Source: an uncultured Methanosarcinales archaeon (GTDB taxonomy: Archaea > Nanobdellota > Nanobdellia > Woesearchaeales > JANQNQ01). Taken from it: a stretch of 32,000 nt of DNA. Positions within the stretch are counted from its first letter, which is position 1; the number at the start of each line of letters is the position of its first letter. The stretch spans positions 15,618-47,617 of the forward strand of contig CAZJZJ010000002.1 of NCBI GenBank assembly GCA_964550525.1, written 5' to 3'. Below the pieces are notes generated by a model. The model ran no database searches, was not told where the DNA came from, and was given only the letters and a program-made list of their open reading frames with translations. Of this stretch, positions 17,721-26,787 are shown piece after piece. The position numbers and the translations under genes are program-made.

Positions 17721-19268
17721 ATGGCTATGTTTAATGATAAGATAAAGGAATACGAGGCTAAAGTCAAGGAGACTGAGCCTAGTCCTGAAGCTGTTAAAAA
17801 GCAGCACGATAAAGGCAAACTTACAGCCAGAGAAAGGATAAAACTCCTTGTAGATTCTAATTCTTTCAATGAAATAGACGCTTTAGTTAAACTAAGATCA
17901 CACAATTTTAATCTTCAGGATAAAAAAAAAGCAGGAGATGCAGTTGTAACAGGTTATGCAACTGTGAATAAAAGGCCTGTTTACTTGTATGCTCAGGATT
18001 TCACTGCAATTGGTGGTTCTTTAGGAGAGATGCATGCTGACAAAATAGTTAAAATAATGAAAGAAGCAGTTAAAACAGGCACACCTTTTGTTGCAATCAA
18101 TGATTCAGGCGGTGCTCGTATACAAGAAGGAGTTAACAGCTTGGATGGTTATGGTAAAATATTCAAAGCAAACACATTTGCTTCTGGAGTAATACCTCAG
18201 ATCTCAGTTATTTTAGGTCCATGTGCAGGCGGTGCTGTTTACTCACCTGCAATTACAGACTTTGTGTTCATGGTCAACAAGCTTAGCCATATGTTCATCA
18301 CAGGCCCCGATGTGATTAAATCTGTAACAGGTGAAGAGATTTCTTTTGAAGACCTGGGTGGAGCTTCTGTTCATAACAAAAAAAGCGGTAATGCACATTT
18401 CTTATGTAAAGATGAAAAACAATGCTTTGAAAAGATCAAACAACTATTATCTTATTTACCTCAAAACAATATGGAAAGTCCTCCTGTAAAAACAACAGGA
18501 GATAGTATAAATAGGAAGAATACTAAACTTAAAGAGATAGTACCAGCAGAGTCAAAACAATCCTATGACATTAAACAAGTCATTGATGAGATTGCAGATA
18601 AAAACACTTTCTTTGAAGTGCATGAACACTTTGCACAAAGCGCTGTAGTGGGTTTTGCACGTCTAGTTGGCAATGTTGTTGGTATAGTAGCTAACCAGCC
18701 TTTGGTTTTAGCTGGTGTACTTGATATTCATTCTTCTGACAAGATTGCACGTTTTGTACGTTTCTGTGATTCATTCAATATTCCTTTAATTACTCTTGTG
18801 GATGTACCTGGTTATTTACCTGGAGTTGAACAAGAACACGGTGGTATAATTAGACATGGTGCAAAGATGTTGTATGCGTTCGCAGAAGCAACTGTGCCTA
18901 AGATTGCTTTAGTTATAAGAAAAGCTTACGGCGGAGCATACATAGCAATGTGTTCTCGTGCTTTAGCTTATGATAAGCTTATTGCATGGCCAACAGCTGA
19001 GATAGCTGTTATGGGTCCTGAACAAGCAGCCAAGATTATTTATCGTAGAGATATAAAAGCTTCAACAGACCCTGCAAAAACAGAAGCAGAGAAAGTATCT
19101 GAGTTCAAAGACAAATTCCTAAATCCATATGTCGCTGCTGAAGAAGGCAGAGTTGACATGGTTATCAATCCAGAAGACAGCAGGCTAACCTTAATCAAAT
19201 GTTTACAAATGCTTCTTACAAAACGCGAGAAAAGAATGCCTAAGAAGCATGGGAATATTCCTTTGTAA
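17721..19268 (+). CDS. pccB: Acyl-CoA carboxylase carboxyltransferase subunit (propionyl-CoA carboxylase beta / methylmalonyl-CoA carboxyltransferase family)
   Basis: Length is 515 aa. Motifs: DSGGARIQEGV, GPCAGGAVYSPA, RKAYGGAYIAM. Confidence 0.92.
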   Translation: MAMFNDKIKEYEAKVKETEPSPEAVKKQHDKGKLTARERIKLLVDSNSFNEIDALVKLRSHNFNLQDKKKAGDAVVTGYATVNKRPVYLYAQDFTAIGGSLGEMHADKIVKIMKEAVKTGTPFVAINDSGGARIQEGVNSLDGYGKIFKANTFASGVIPQISVILGPCAGGAVYSPAITDFVFMVNKLSHMFITGPDVIKSVTGEEISFEDLGGASVHNKKSGNAHFLCKDEKQCFEKIKQLLSYLPQNNMESPPVKTTGDSINRKNTKLKEIVPAESKQSYDIKQVIDEIADKNTFFEVHEHFAQSAVVGFARLVGNVVGIVANQPLVLAGVLDIHSSDKIARFVRFCDSFNIPLITLVDVPGYLPGVEQEHGGIIRHGAKMLYAFAEATVPKIALVIRKAYGGAYIAMCSRALAYDKLIAWPTAEIAVMGPEQAAKIIYRRDIKASTDPAKTEAEKVSEFKDKFLNPYVAAEEGRVDMVINPEDSRLTLIKCLQMLLTKREKRMPKKHGNIPL

Positions 19269-19300
19269 TTAGAATTGTTGGGGGGGCGGAATGATCCAAA

Positions 19301-20203
19301 ATGACATGGGCAGGTATACAAGTTGGGAATGATGGGATGATTGGTAAATATTATCCTTGGCGAATAATGAAAAAAATTCTTTCTGGAGAACTCTCTCCTG
19401 ATTTTGAATATCGTGCTTGGAGATCATTGATTGAAAGATTTGAAAGAGAGGAAAGATTAAAAGAAGGAGGACTGGAGCAAGCAACAAAACAACTTTCTGA
19501 GTCTTTTAGGGATTTATACAGGGTTTTTGGTCGTGAAAACACAGCTAAGGTTCTAGGAATGCTTCAAATTGAATTTCTATATCCTGAAGAACAAAAATCA
19601 ATAATGGAGCAATATGAAGAATTAAAATTAAATGTAGTTAAAAGAAAAAAGGAATTTGACGAGTTTATCAATGTTCTTGAGAATGAAACCAACTGGCTTA
19701 CTGCTCCTGCAAGTACAAGGTATCGTCTAATTGAAGAAGGTGGGTTATTAACACACTCTGTAAGGGTTTGCAATACTTACTTAAAATTACTTCAACTATT
19801 GGCTCCTAATATCTCTGTAGAAAGTGGTACTGTTGATGGTTTATTTCATGATGCAGGTAAAGCAGGCATGCCAGGAGTACCTTATTATATGAAACAGGAA
19901 GATGGGAGTTATATTAAAAACCCAGAGCTTGAAAAAATGCAGCCTGGAATGACTGTAGCTCAAAGAAGTTTACTTTTAATCTCAAATTATATCCCCTTAA
20001 GTCATCAAGAAAGGCAAGCAGTTGAATATCATGATGGTTTGTATAGGCCAGAAAACTGGGCTGTTGCAAATGACGAATACCCTCAAACTATATTGCTTAT
20101 AGCTGCAGATGGCTGGACAGCAGGTGTAACTGACATTAATAAACCTGTTGTAGATGGAAAACCTTTTAATAGGAAAGATGCTCACTCTTTAAAGCGTAAT
20201 TAA
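19301..20203 (+). CDS. HD-superfamily metal-dependent phosphohydrolase
   Basis: GGLLTHSVRV...GLFHDAGKA...AVEYHDG...LLIAADGW gives the H..HD..H..D pattern. The exact start is uncertain. Confidence 0.65.
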   Translation: MTWAGIQVGNDGMIGKYYPWRIMKKILSGELSPDFEYRAWRSLIERFEREERLKEGGLEQATKQLSESFRDLYRVFGRENTAKVLGMLQIEFLYPEEQKSIMEQYEELKLNVVKRKKEFDEFINVLENETNWLTAPASTRYRLIEEGGLLTHSVRVCNTYLKLLQLLAPNISVESGTVDGLFHDAGKAGMPGVPYYMKQEDGSYIKNPELEKMQPGMTVAQRSLLLISNYIPLSHQERQAVEYHDGLYRPENWAVANDEYPQTILLIAADGWTAGVTDINKPVVDGKPFNRKDAHSLKRN

Positions 20204-20216
20204 AGGTGAAATCAAT

Positions 20217-20603
20217 ATGCCACGCAAAATCAAAGTAACTGTGAACAATAAGGATTATGATGTTGGAGTTACTGAGTTAGGAGGCGGAAAGCTAAAACTA
20301 GAGTTAGAGGGTGAATCCTATGAAGTGGATACAAAGGAAGAAGAAACAACCTCTGAGCAAAAAACTGATTCTGTTGAGATTGAATCCAGTGAAAACGTAA
20401 TCAAAGCTCCAATGCCTGGCACAGTCCTTGGAATAAATGTTAAGCCAGGTGATAAAGTCAAGAAAGGCGACCCTGTAGTTACTTTGATAGCTATGAAAAT
20501 GGAAAACAAGATTACTTCTCCGAAAAAAGGCAAAGTCAAGGAAATCAAGGTTAAAGAAGGCCAGAATGTTGAATCAGGGGATGTACTTGTAGTTCTGGAA
20601 TAA
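20217..20603 (+). CDS. accB: Biotin carboxyl carrier protein
   Basis: C-terminal biotinyl domain with the IAMKMENKI attachment motif. AAGGTGA SD. Confidence 0.9.
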   Translation: MPRKIKVTVNNKDYDVGVTELGGGKLKLELEGESYEVDTKEEETTSEQKTDSVEIESSENVIKAPMPGTVLGINVKPGDKVKKGDPVVTLIAMKMENKITSPKKGKVKEIKVKEGQNVESGDVLVVLE

Positions 20604-20737
20604 TTCTATTCTTCCCAATAAATGAACAATTCACCACTCTTAAATGAACTCCATTCCCAAACTTCTCTAAAATAGTGACAAAGCTTTTTATAGCCATGAA
20701 TCAATAATTCACTAACCTTTAAAACGAGGTGACGCGC

Positions 20738-21076
20738 ATGCAAGACATGGTAGGGAAATGGGCCTTCATCATCGGTGTGGTGTTGGCTATAATTGCAGGA
20801 TTCGTCGCTATACCCTTTACAGCGTTTGTACTGGCTGTGTTAGGTTTAGTTGTAGGATTCCTGAACATTACAACTAAGGAAACAAACAATTTCTTGATGG
20901 CAGCTATTGCTTTGCTGGTATTAGGAGCAGCTTCTTTAGGTGCTATTGGAGAAGTGACAGTTCTAAAGATGGTAGCAGAATGGGTTGAATCAATCCTAAC
21001 AAACATAATAGCATTTGTAGCTCCAGCTGCATTGGTAGTTTCTTTAGAAGCAATCTATAAGATAGGTCAAAAATAG
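20738..21076 (+). CDS. Small integral membrane protein
   Basis: ATG lies 6 nt after GAGGTGA. Four hydrophobic segments. Confidence 0.6.
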   Translation: MQDMVGKWAFIIGVVLAIIAGFVAIPFTAFVLAVLGLVVGFLNITTKETNNFLMAAIALLVLGAASLGAIGEVTVLKMVAEWVESILTNIIAFVAPAALVVSLEAIYKIGQK

Positions 21077-21098
21077 GCCTAATTTTTTTCTTTTTTTC

Positions 21099-21323
21099 TT
21101 AACCACTTCTTCCTTTGTTAGCAAATAGAATTCCTATCAGTACAGTCAAGCCCCAAGCTTTCCATACTGTAAGCTTACCAATAACCCCCTTGGTTACGCT
21201 TGGCAGTATCCAATTCCATAACAGGAATACAGGATAAGCAAGTATAAGGCCAACTACAATAGTAAGTCCAAGTGCAACAGCAATCATAGTTGCTTTGTTA
21301 AATATATCTTTCAATAACCCCAT
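21099..21323 (-). CDS. Small membrane protein (74 aa)
   Basis: Start moved to MGLLKD (ATG 21323), preceded by AGGTGAT. The track's longer N-terminus has no SD. Confidence 0.5.
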   Translation of the reverse strand: MGLLKDIFNKATMIAVALGLTIVVGLILAYPVFLLWNWILPSVTKGVIGKLTVWKAWGLTVLIGILFANKGRSG

Positions 21324-21415
21324 AAATATCACCTGTAAATTAGGGTAGTTAGGGGGTTTAAAAATTTTATGGAAAAAACTAAAACAATAAATACAACCTC
21401 TCCATTCCCATAACC

Positions 21416-21811
21416 ATGGAACTTGGTAATGATGACTGGTGTTTTGCATGCGGTAAGTATAATCCGCACGGATTACAACTAGATATAAAGATTGAAGGCA
21501 AGAAATCCTATTTTGAATTCACACCAAAGAAACAGCATCAAGGATATCAAGACTTTCTTCACGGCGGTATAATGTCTACTCTGCTAGATGAAGCAGTTGG
21601 CAACCTTGTTTGGCGGCTTGGATTAGGAGCAGTAACAGCTAAGATAGAAGTAAACCTGAGAAAACCTGTGAAAATAGGAGAAAAACTATTTGTAACCGGC
21701 GAAGTAATCAAAGAACAAGGACGTAAAGTATTCGCAAAATCAGAAGCACGAACAGAAGACGGAGTTGTAGTTGCAGATTGTGAAGCGCTTTTGATTAAGC
21801 TTAAGAAATAG
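21416..21811 (+). CDS. PaaI/4HBT-type hotdog-fold acyl-CoA thioesterase
   Basis: CFACGKYNPHGL, HGGIMSTLLDEA and a length of ~130 aa are typical of PaaI-family thioesterases. Confidence 0.75.
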   Translation: MELGNDDWCFACGKYNPHGLQLDIKIEGKKSYFEFTPKKQHQGYQDFLHGGIMSTLLDEAVGNLVWRLGLGAVTAKIEVNLRKPVKIGEKLFVTGEVIKEQGRKVFAKSEARTEDGVVVADCEALLIKLKK

Positions 21812-22487
21812 TCCCCTCAACAACAACTTCCCTAGAACCATCCTCTTTCTCAACAATTAAATTGCAATCAGAATCAACATCAATAGCTTTGCCGACAATC
21901 TCTCCATTACCGAAAACATCTACTCTTACATCCCTGCCAATTGTGTCAGAAAGCTCTTTCCATTCAGCGATTATTTCTTTTTTGTTTTTTTTATAGTAAT
22001 GTTCAAAGTTTTTTAGAATGTTTTTTATTATCTCTTCTTTATCAAACTCTTTACCTTTAATCTCTTTAACACTAATCCCTTCCTCAACATCATTATTAAC
22101 ATTCAAACCAATTCCAACAACCATCTTACTGTCCTCAGCAACAACATTCTCAGTCAACATCCCGCACAACTTCTTTCCTTCATAAACCAAATCATTTGGC
22201 CACTTGATGCCAGCTTCAACAGAGCAAACCTCAAAAACAGCTTTACGCACAGCAAGCGCTGTAATAAAAGTCATGAATTTCATATTCTCAATCTCTGTCT
22301 TAATAACCAATGACATGTAAACTCCGCCTTCTTCAGAACTCCAGCTACGGTCAAACCTGCCACGACCTTTAGTCTGTTTATCTGCAACTATAGCTGTACC
22401 TACTGGTATTTCTTTTGCTTTATCCATAGTAGAATCCAGTTCCTTGAAATGCATTACTTTAAACATTTTAGAATCTTCCTTGGTCAT
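21801..22487 (-). CDS. birA: Biotin-[acetyl-CoA-carboxylase] ligase
   Basis: KGRGRFDRSW (GRGRxGRxW motif). An alternative start at ATG 22466 lies 1 nt after the accC stop. Confidence 0.88.
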   Translation of the reverse strand: MTKEDSKMFKVMHFKELDSTMDKAKEIPVGTAIVADKQTKGRGRFDRSWSSEEGGVYMSLVIKTEIENMKFMTFITALAVRKAVFEVCSVEAGIKWPNDLVYEGKKLCGMLTENVVAEDSKMVVGIGLNVNNDVEEGISVKEIKGKEFDKEEIIKNILKNFEHYYKKNKKEIIAEWKELSDTIGRDVRVDVFGNGEIVGKAIDVDSDCNLIVEKEDGSREVVVEGTIS

Positions 22488-24453
22488 AAAAATTACCCAG
22501 CATCTGCTGTCTTGATGCCATTACCCATGCACTTTGTTTTTGTGTATAATCAACCTCGCACATTGGATATTGTTCAGTGCCAAGGTACTGTGAAACAGCA
22601 GCAGCAATCACAGCAATCCTTTTACCATTAGTAAGCTCTTCTTTATTTTTAACTTCAAGTATTTTTTTAACTTTATCTAAAATCTTATTCCTTTCAATAA
22701 ATGTAGTGTTTATATTACCGTGCCTGAAATCTTCTGTCTCAAAAGCAACTGAGTGGAATGGGATAGTTGTATCCACACCTTCAATAATATACTCTTCTAA
22801 AGCACGTCTCATTCGTGCAATTGCTTCGTTCCTGTTCTTACCAAAACACATTAATTTTGAAATCATTGAATCGTAATGAGGTGAAATTTTGTAACCAGTA
22901 TGTGAACAACTGCATACTCTAATTCCAGGACCTCCTGGCGGAAGATAATTTGTGATAGTCCCTGGGCAAGGCATGAAATCATTTTCAACACTCTCAGCAT
23001 TAATCCTGCATTCAATTGCCCAACCTCTAAAATGAATATCCTCTTGTTTTAATGTAAGTTTAGCACCTGCAGCAACCTTGATCTGCTCTTTGACAAGATC
23101 AACTCCAGTAATCATCTCTGTAATCCCATGTTCAACCTGTATCCTTGTATTCATCTCCATAAAAAAGAAATTGCCTTTATCATCAAGCAAAAACTCAACA
23201 GTACCAGCACCCTCATAACCAGCAGCTTTGCCTGCTTTAACAGCAGCTTCACCCATAGTTTCCCTTAACTCAGGTGTTAGAGCAACTGAAGGAGCTTCTT
23301 CAATTAGCTTCTGATGTCTTCTTTGAATAGAACATTCTCTTTCACCAAGATGGATTACATTACCATACTGATCTGCCAGCACTTGAAACTCAATATGTCT
23401 AGGTTCTTCAAAATATTTCTCAATATATACATCTTTATTTCCAAAAGAACTTTTTGCTTCAGCCATAGCACTTTTGATAGCAGGCATTAGTTCTTCTTCT
23501 TTATTCACTATCCTCATACCTTTACCACCGCCGCCTGCAGTCGCTTTTACAATAACAGGGTAAACTAGTTCTTTAGCAATCCTTACTGCTTCTTCTTTAT
23601 CCTGTACTGCACCTTCAGTACCAGGTATCACAGGCACACCTACCTCTTTCATTGTATGCCTTGCAATAATCTTATCTCCCATCATCTGGATAGTTCTTTC
23701 TTTCGGCCCGATAAATTTGATGTTATTCTTTTTACACATCCTTGCAAAACCAGCGTTTTCTGCTAAAAACCCATAACCTGGATGCACAGCATCAACATTT
23801 GCTTTCTTAGCAATCTTGATGATTTTAGCTGGGTCAAGATAGCTTCTTGTAGAGCCAATATTATAAGATTCATCTGCGAACTTAACTGCAAGGGAATTCT
23901 TGTCCTCATCTGAATAAACAACTGCAACTTTTACACCTAACTCTCTGGCAGCCCTCATGATCCTTACAGCAATCTCCCCTCTGTTTGCTATCAATATCTT
24001 CCCAAACATTAGCTTAGGCTCAATAGAAGTGAAGTCCACACTCTCTTCTGTCAAACTTCCTACCCCCTTGGTTATTATGTCAAGGAAAGATTCTGGAGGC
24101 TTATCTTTAATCATTTTTCTCCAGTTATCTGTATTAAGTGTAGGCAGTTTTTTTAATAGATTATCTGTAAATATCTCACCGAGACTGTTAAGATCAGTCT
24201 TACCCTTGCCATCTCTCTTACTTGTTTCAATAGTCACAACATGAGACTTAACAACAGACATAACCTGATCATATACCTGTGGAAACCTCCTCTTAGTCTT
24301 CTTAGCCAGTCCAGCCAGCTTCTTAAATCCTCGGTTAAAAGGAGTAAGAAATCTATTCATAGCCTTAGATTCATCCAACCTATCCAATGGTTTCTTAATA
24401 AGTTTATCATACATTGGATTAATCTTTTTTATCTTTGTCATAAAACCACGCAT
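22468..24453 (-). CDS. accC: Biotin carboxylase with a ~148-aa N-terminal and a ~65-aa C-terminal extension
   Basis: The core runs from MFGKILIANRGEIAVRI (aa 149) and includes GGGGKGMRIV and MNTRIQVEH. The extension frames are open with no stop. Confidence 0.9.
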   Translation of the reverse strand: MRGFMTKIKKINPMYDKLIKKPLDRLDESKAMNRFLTPFNRGFKKLAGLAKKTKRRFPQVYDQVMSVVKSHVVTIETSKRDGKGKTDLNSLGEIFTDNLLKKLPTLNTDNWRKMIKDKPPESFLDIITKGVGSLTEESVDFTSIEPKLMFGKILIANRGEIAVRIMRAARELGVKVAVVYSDEDKNSLAVKFADESYNIGSTRSYLDPAKIIKIAKKANVDAVHPGYGFLAENAGFARMCKKNNIKFIGPKERTIQMMGDKIIARHTMKEVGVPVIPGTEGAVQDKEEAVRIAKELVYPVIVKATAGGGGKGMRIVNKEEELMPAIKSAMAEAKSSFGNKDVYIEKYFEEPRHIEFQVLADQYGNVIHLGERECSIQRRHQKLIEEAPSVALTPELRETMGEAAVKAGKAAGYEGAGTVEFLLDDKGNFFFMEMNTRIQVEHGITEMITGVDLVKEQIKVAAGAKLTLKQEDIHFRGWAIECRINAESVENDFMPCPGTITNYLPPGGPGIRVCSCSHTGYKISPHYDSMISKLMCFGKNRNEAIARMRRALEEYIIEGVDTTIPFHSVAFETEDFRHGNINTTFIERNKILDKVKKILEVKNKEELTNGKRIAVIAAAVSQYLGTEQYPMCEVDYTQKQSAWVMASRQQMLGNFYDQGRF

Positions 24454-24599
24454 AAACAGGTTTTTTTTGGGTTATTTAAAGTTTACTTTGCAAGGAAAGG
24501 CTCTTCTTACATCATGTTTTGTTATCCCTTTGAGGTAGTTAAAAACCAAAAGATTTATAAAGGGGTGATAATTCCTTCTCTTAACTGAGGTTATTATTA

Positions 24600-26123
24600 A
24601 TGACAGATTATAATGGTGAAACAAAAGTAGCCAGTCTTGAGGTTATTACTGATAGTACTCGACACGGCACTGCTATTAGGGCACTTGATATTCTAAAACG
24701 TAATCTAGAAACATCTGCTCCTGGTATTTCTTATTCCAGACCAAATGAAGGGGATCATAAAATAATTGACGTTTATTGTACTGCACTTAGTGATAAAGCA
24801 GCAGACCCAGTTGTGGTTCATACAAACCTAGTAAGGCTTTATAATGCATTAAGAGAATTCGAACGAACTGATGGTGGCGGCGGTAAAGTTAAAGTCAGTA
24901 CTAGACTGACAATCTATCCCTTAGGAAACACAAGTGAGTTAAATGAGTATAAAGATGCTAATGCTGAATTAACTGTTGAGAAGGATAAATTTAAAAAACA
25001 GTATGGAGAATCTCAACAAGAAGTCAAAAAAATAGAAGCAGATAATGCAAATAAAGACGAACAAATAGAAGATAAAGACAAAGAACTAGGGAGAAAGGGT
25101 AGGAAGATTACTTCTTTAGAGAGAAGGCTTAAAAAAGCAAAGGGAAAGCTTTCTTCAAAAGGTATATCAACTATATCATATGAAGATTCAGCTACACCAG
25201 AGAATCTTGCAGATGTTTTAGATATAAATAGAGCTGTTTACGAGGATCACGATCAAAAGTGTAGAACTGATTATGTATCTAATGAAGAAAAGTTAATAGA
25301 CGAGGTTTTCTATGAGGCTTCTGAAGAGATTAATACACGAAGATTGTTTAGTGATAATCAATTAGACAAAGCATTGAATCTTATTACTCGTGGAGAAAAC
25401 TATGAAGAGAACTTAAAAAGTTTAGATAACTTACCTTTGACGCCTGAAGAAATCAAAAAGATTAAGGAAGATACTAAACAAAAAGCTGAAGAAAACCTGA
25501 GATGGGCAAGAGAGCTTGAAGGAGCTTATAACAACACTAAGGAATATAAAGTCTTAGTTAGAATTGCAAAGGATGAAGATCAATTGAGAATTGTATTGCC
25601 TGTTGATGCAAAATCAGATAATGAAGTTGTAAAAGCACTATATCAGAGCCTTATTAATAGCCTAAGGGGTTTGAAAGCAAAAGATGATTCAGTATCATAT
25701 TCTGAAATAAAGGATGTGCCTTATACTTCATTCCAAGTAAGCGGAATATCAGATTATGATATGTTGAAAGCAGCTATTACAAAAGGATTAGAAAATGTTG
25801 CTAAAGAAGCTATGCTTACTATTAATACATTTTATACTGACTTTTATGATGGAAGTGTTGCAGAAGCTCAAGCACAACTTGAGTCTTTAGATGAATTTGT
25901 AGATTATCGGATTAAGCAAGTACTAACAAAGCCAGGTACAGAAGAGCATTATAAGGGTAGAACTGAATTCCTTAAAATCAAAGGATTTAATCTGAGCACC
26001 ACTCTGAGCAGAATAAACAATGGCAAAAAGATTAGAGCAACAACCATGCAAAAAATGGCAGATGCTCTTGGTGTCGATGTTTCTGAGTTAGAAAAGAGAT
26101 TACCTACTTCCAAGACTAGCTGA
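24600..26123 (+). CDS. Hypothetical 507-aa protein: N-terminal alpha/beta domain, K/E-rich coiled coil, C-terminal XRE-type helix-turn-helix
   Basis: TGAGGT SD 8 nt upstream. The charged heptad-like region spans aa ~110-185. The C-terminus LSTTLSRINNGKKIRATTMQKMADALGVDVSELEK fits the Cro/C1 HTH pattern. Confidence 0.65.
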   Translation: MTDYNGETKVASLEVITDSTRHGTAIRALDILKRNLETSAPGISYSRPNEGDHKIIDVYCTALSDKAADPVVVHTNLVRLYNALREFERTDGGGGKVKVSTRLTIYPLGNTSELNEYKDANAELTVEKDKFKKQYGESQQEVKKIEADNANKDEQIEDKDKELGRKGRKITSLERRLKKAKGKLSSKGISTISYEDSATPENLADVLDINRAVYEDHDQKCRTDYVSNEEKLIDEVFYEASEEINTRRLFSDNQLDKALNLITRGENYEENLKSLDNLPLTPEEIKKIKEDTKQKAEENLRWARELEGAYNNTKEYKVLVRIAKDEDQLRIVLPVDAKSDNEVVKALYQSLINSLRGLKAKDDSVSYSEIKDVPYTSFQVSGISDYDMLKAAITKGLENVAKEAMLTINTFYTDFYDGSVAEAQAQLESLDEFVDYRIKQVLTKPGTEEHYKGRTEFLKIKGFNLSTTLSRINNGKKIRATTMQKMADALGVDVSELEKRLPTSKTS

Positions 26124-26245
26124 AACCCCAAAAAACCGCTTTCTCAGCCCGTATTAAGTTCTTATACTCTAAAACATAAAACTTTTTAAATAGTAAAAGT
26201 TTTCGCCGTATACTCAGATTTTACCACAATATGGAGGGGGTATAT

Positions 26246-26749
26246 ATGAGCGAGATGATAGATGGACTTAAGGATGAGAATGGTCAGCTTGATCATAATT
26301 CAATCAAGCAGATAATACCATATGATTATCCGTTTTTAATGATAGATAGGGTAATTTTGTTGCAAAAAGACAAGATTATGGCAATAAAGAACGTTACAAT
26401 CAATGAACACTTCTTTAAAGGCCATTTTGCAGGTTTCCCTATTATGCCAGGCGCAATGATGATTGAAGGTATGGGCCAAGCAGCAACTTTGCTTGCTAGG
26501 TATAACCTAGAAAACCATCATGAGAAAGAGTGTCTAGCTTTTAAGATCAAAGACGCTAAATTCATTAAACCTGTATTCCCAGGCGACCAGATGAGGTTTG
26601 AGGTTGCTTTACAGGGTATGAACGAGAAAGGAGCAGCAGTCGCAGGCAAAGTCATTGTCAATGAAGCAGTAGTTGCAGAAGCGATGATGATGATTGCTGT
26701 TGTTGACAGGCAAAGCTTTAGAGCGAAATACAGTGGGATGTTCAAATAA
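26246..26749 (+). CDS. fabZ: FabZ-type 3-hydroxyacyl thioester dehydratase (hotdog fold)
   Basis: Start at the ATG after GGAGGGGG. Motifs: PFLMIDRV, HFFKGHFAGFPIMPGAMMIEGMGQ. Confidence 0.85.
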   Translation: MSEMIDGLKDENGQLDHNSIKQIIPYDYPFLMIDRVILLQKDKIMAIKNVTINEHFFKGHFAGFPIMPGAMMIEGMGQAATLLARYNLENHHEKECLAFKIKDAKFIKPVFPGDQMRFEVALQGMNEKGAAVAGKVIVNEAVVAEAMMMIAVVDRQSFRAKYSGMFK

Positions 26750-26787
26750 AGCTATTTTTTTAAATCTTTCAAACTAGGTGATACTAT

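Noticed and set aside
20604-20725. Three loose copies of ATGAA(C/T)..ATTCAC words in the spacer after accB
   Set aside because: The words are short and degenerate and could easily arise by chance in AT-rich DNA. No dyad symmetry or spacing regularity is visible.
24241-24588. Track ORF 24241..24588 (+) spanning the accC 5' end and the divergent promoter region
   Set aside because: It is partly antisense to the accC extension and partly intergenic. It has no SD, and its basic, low-complexity translation is unconvincing.
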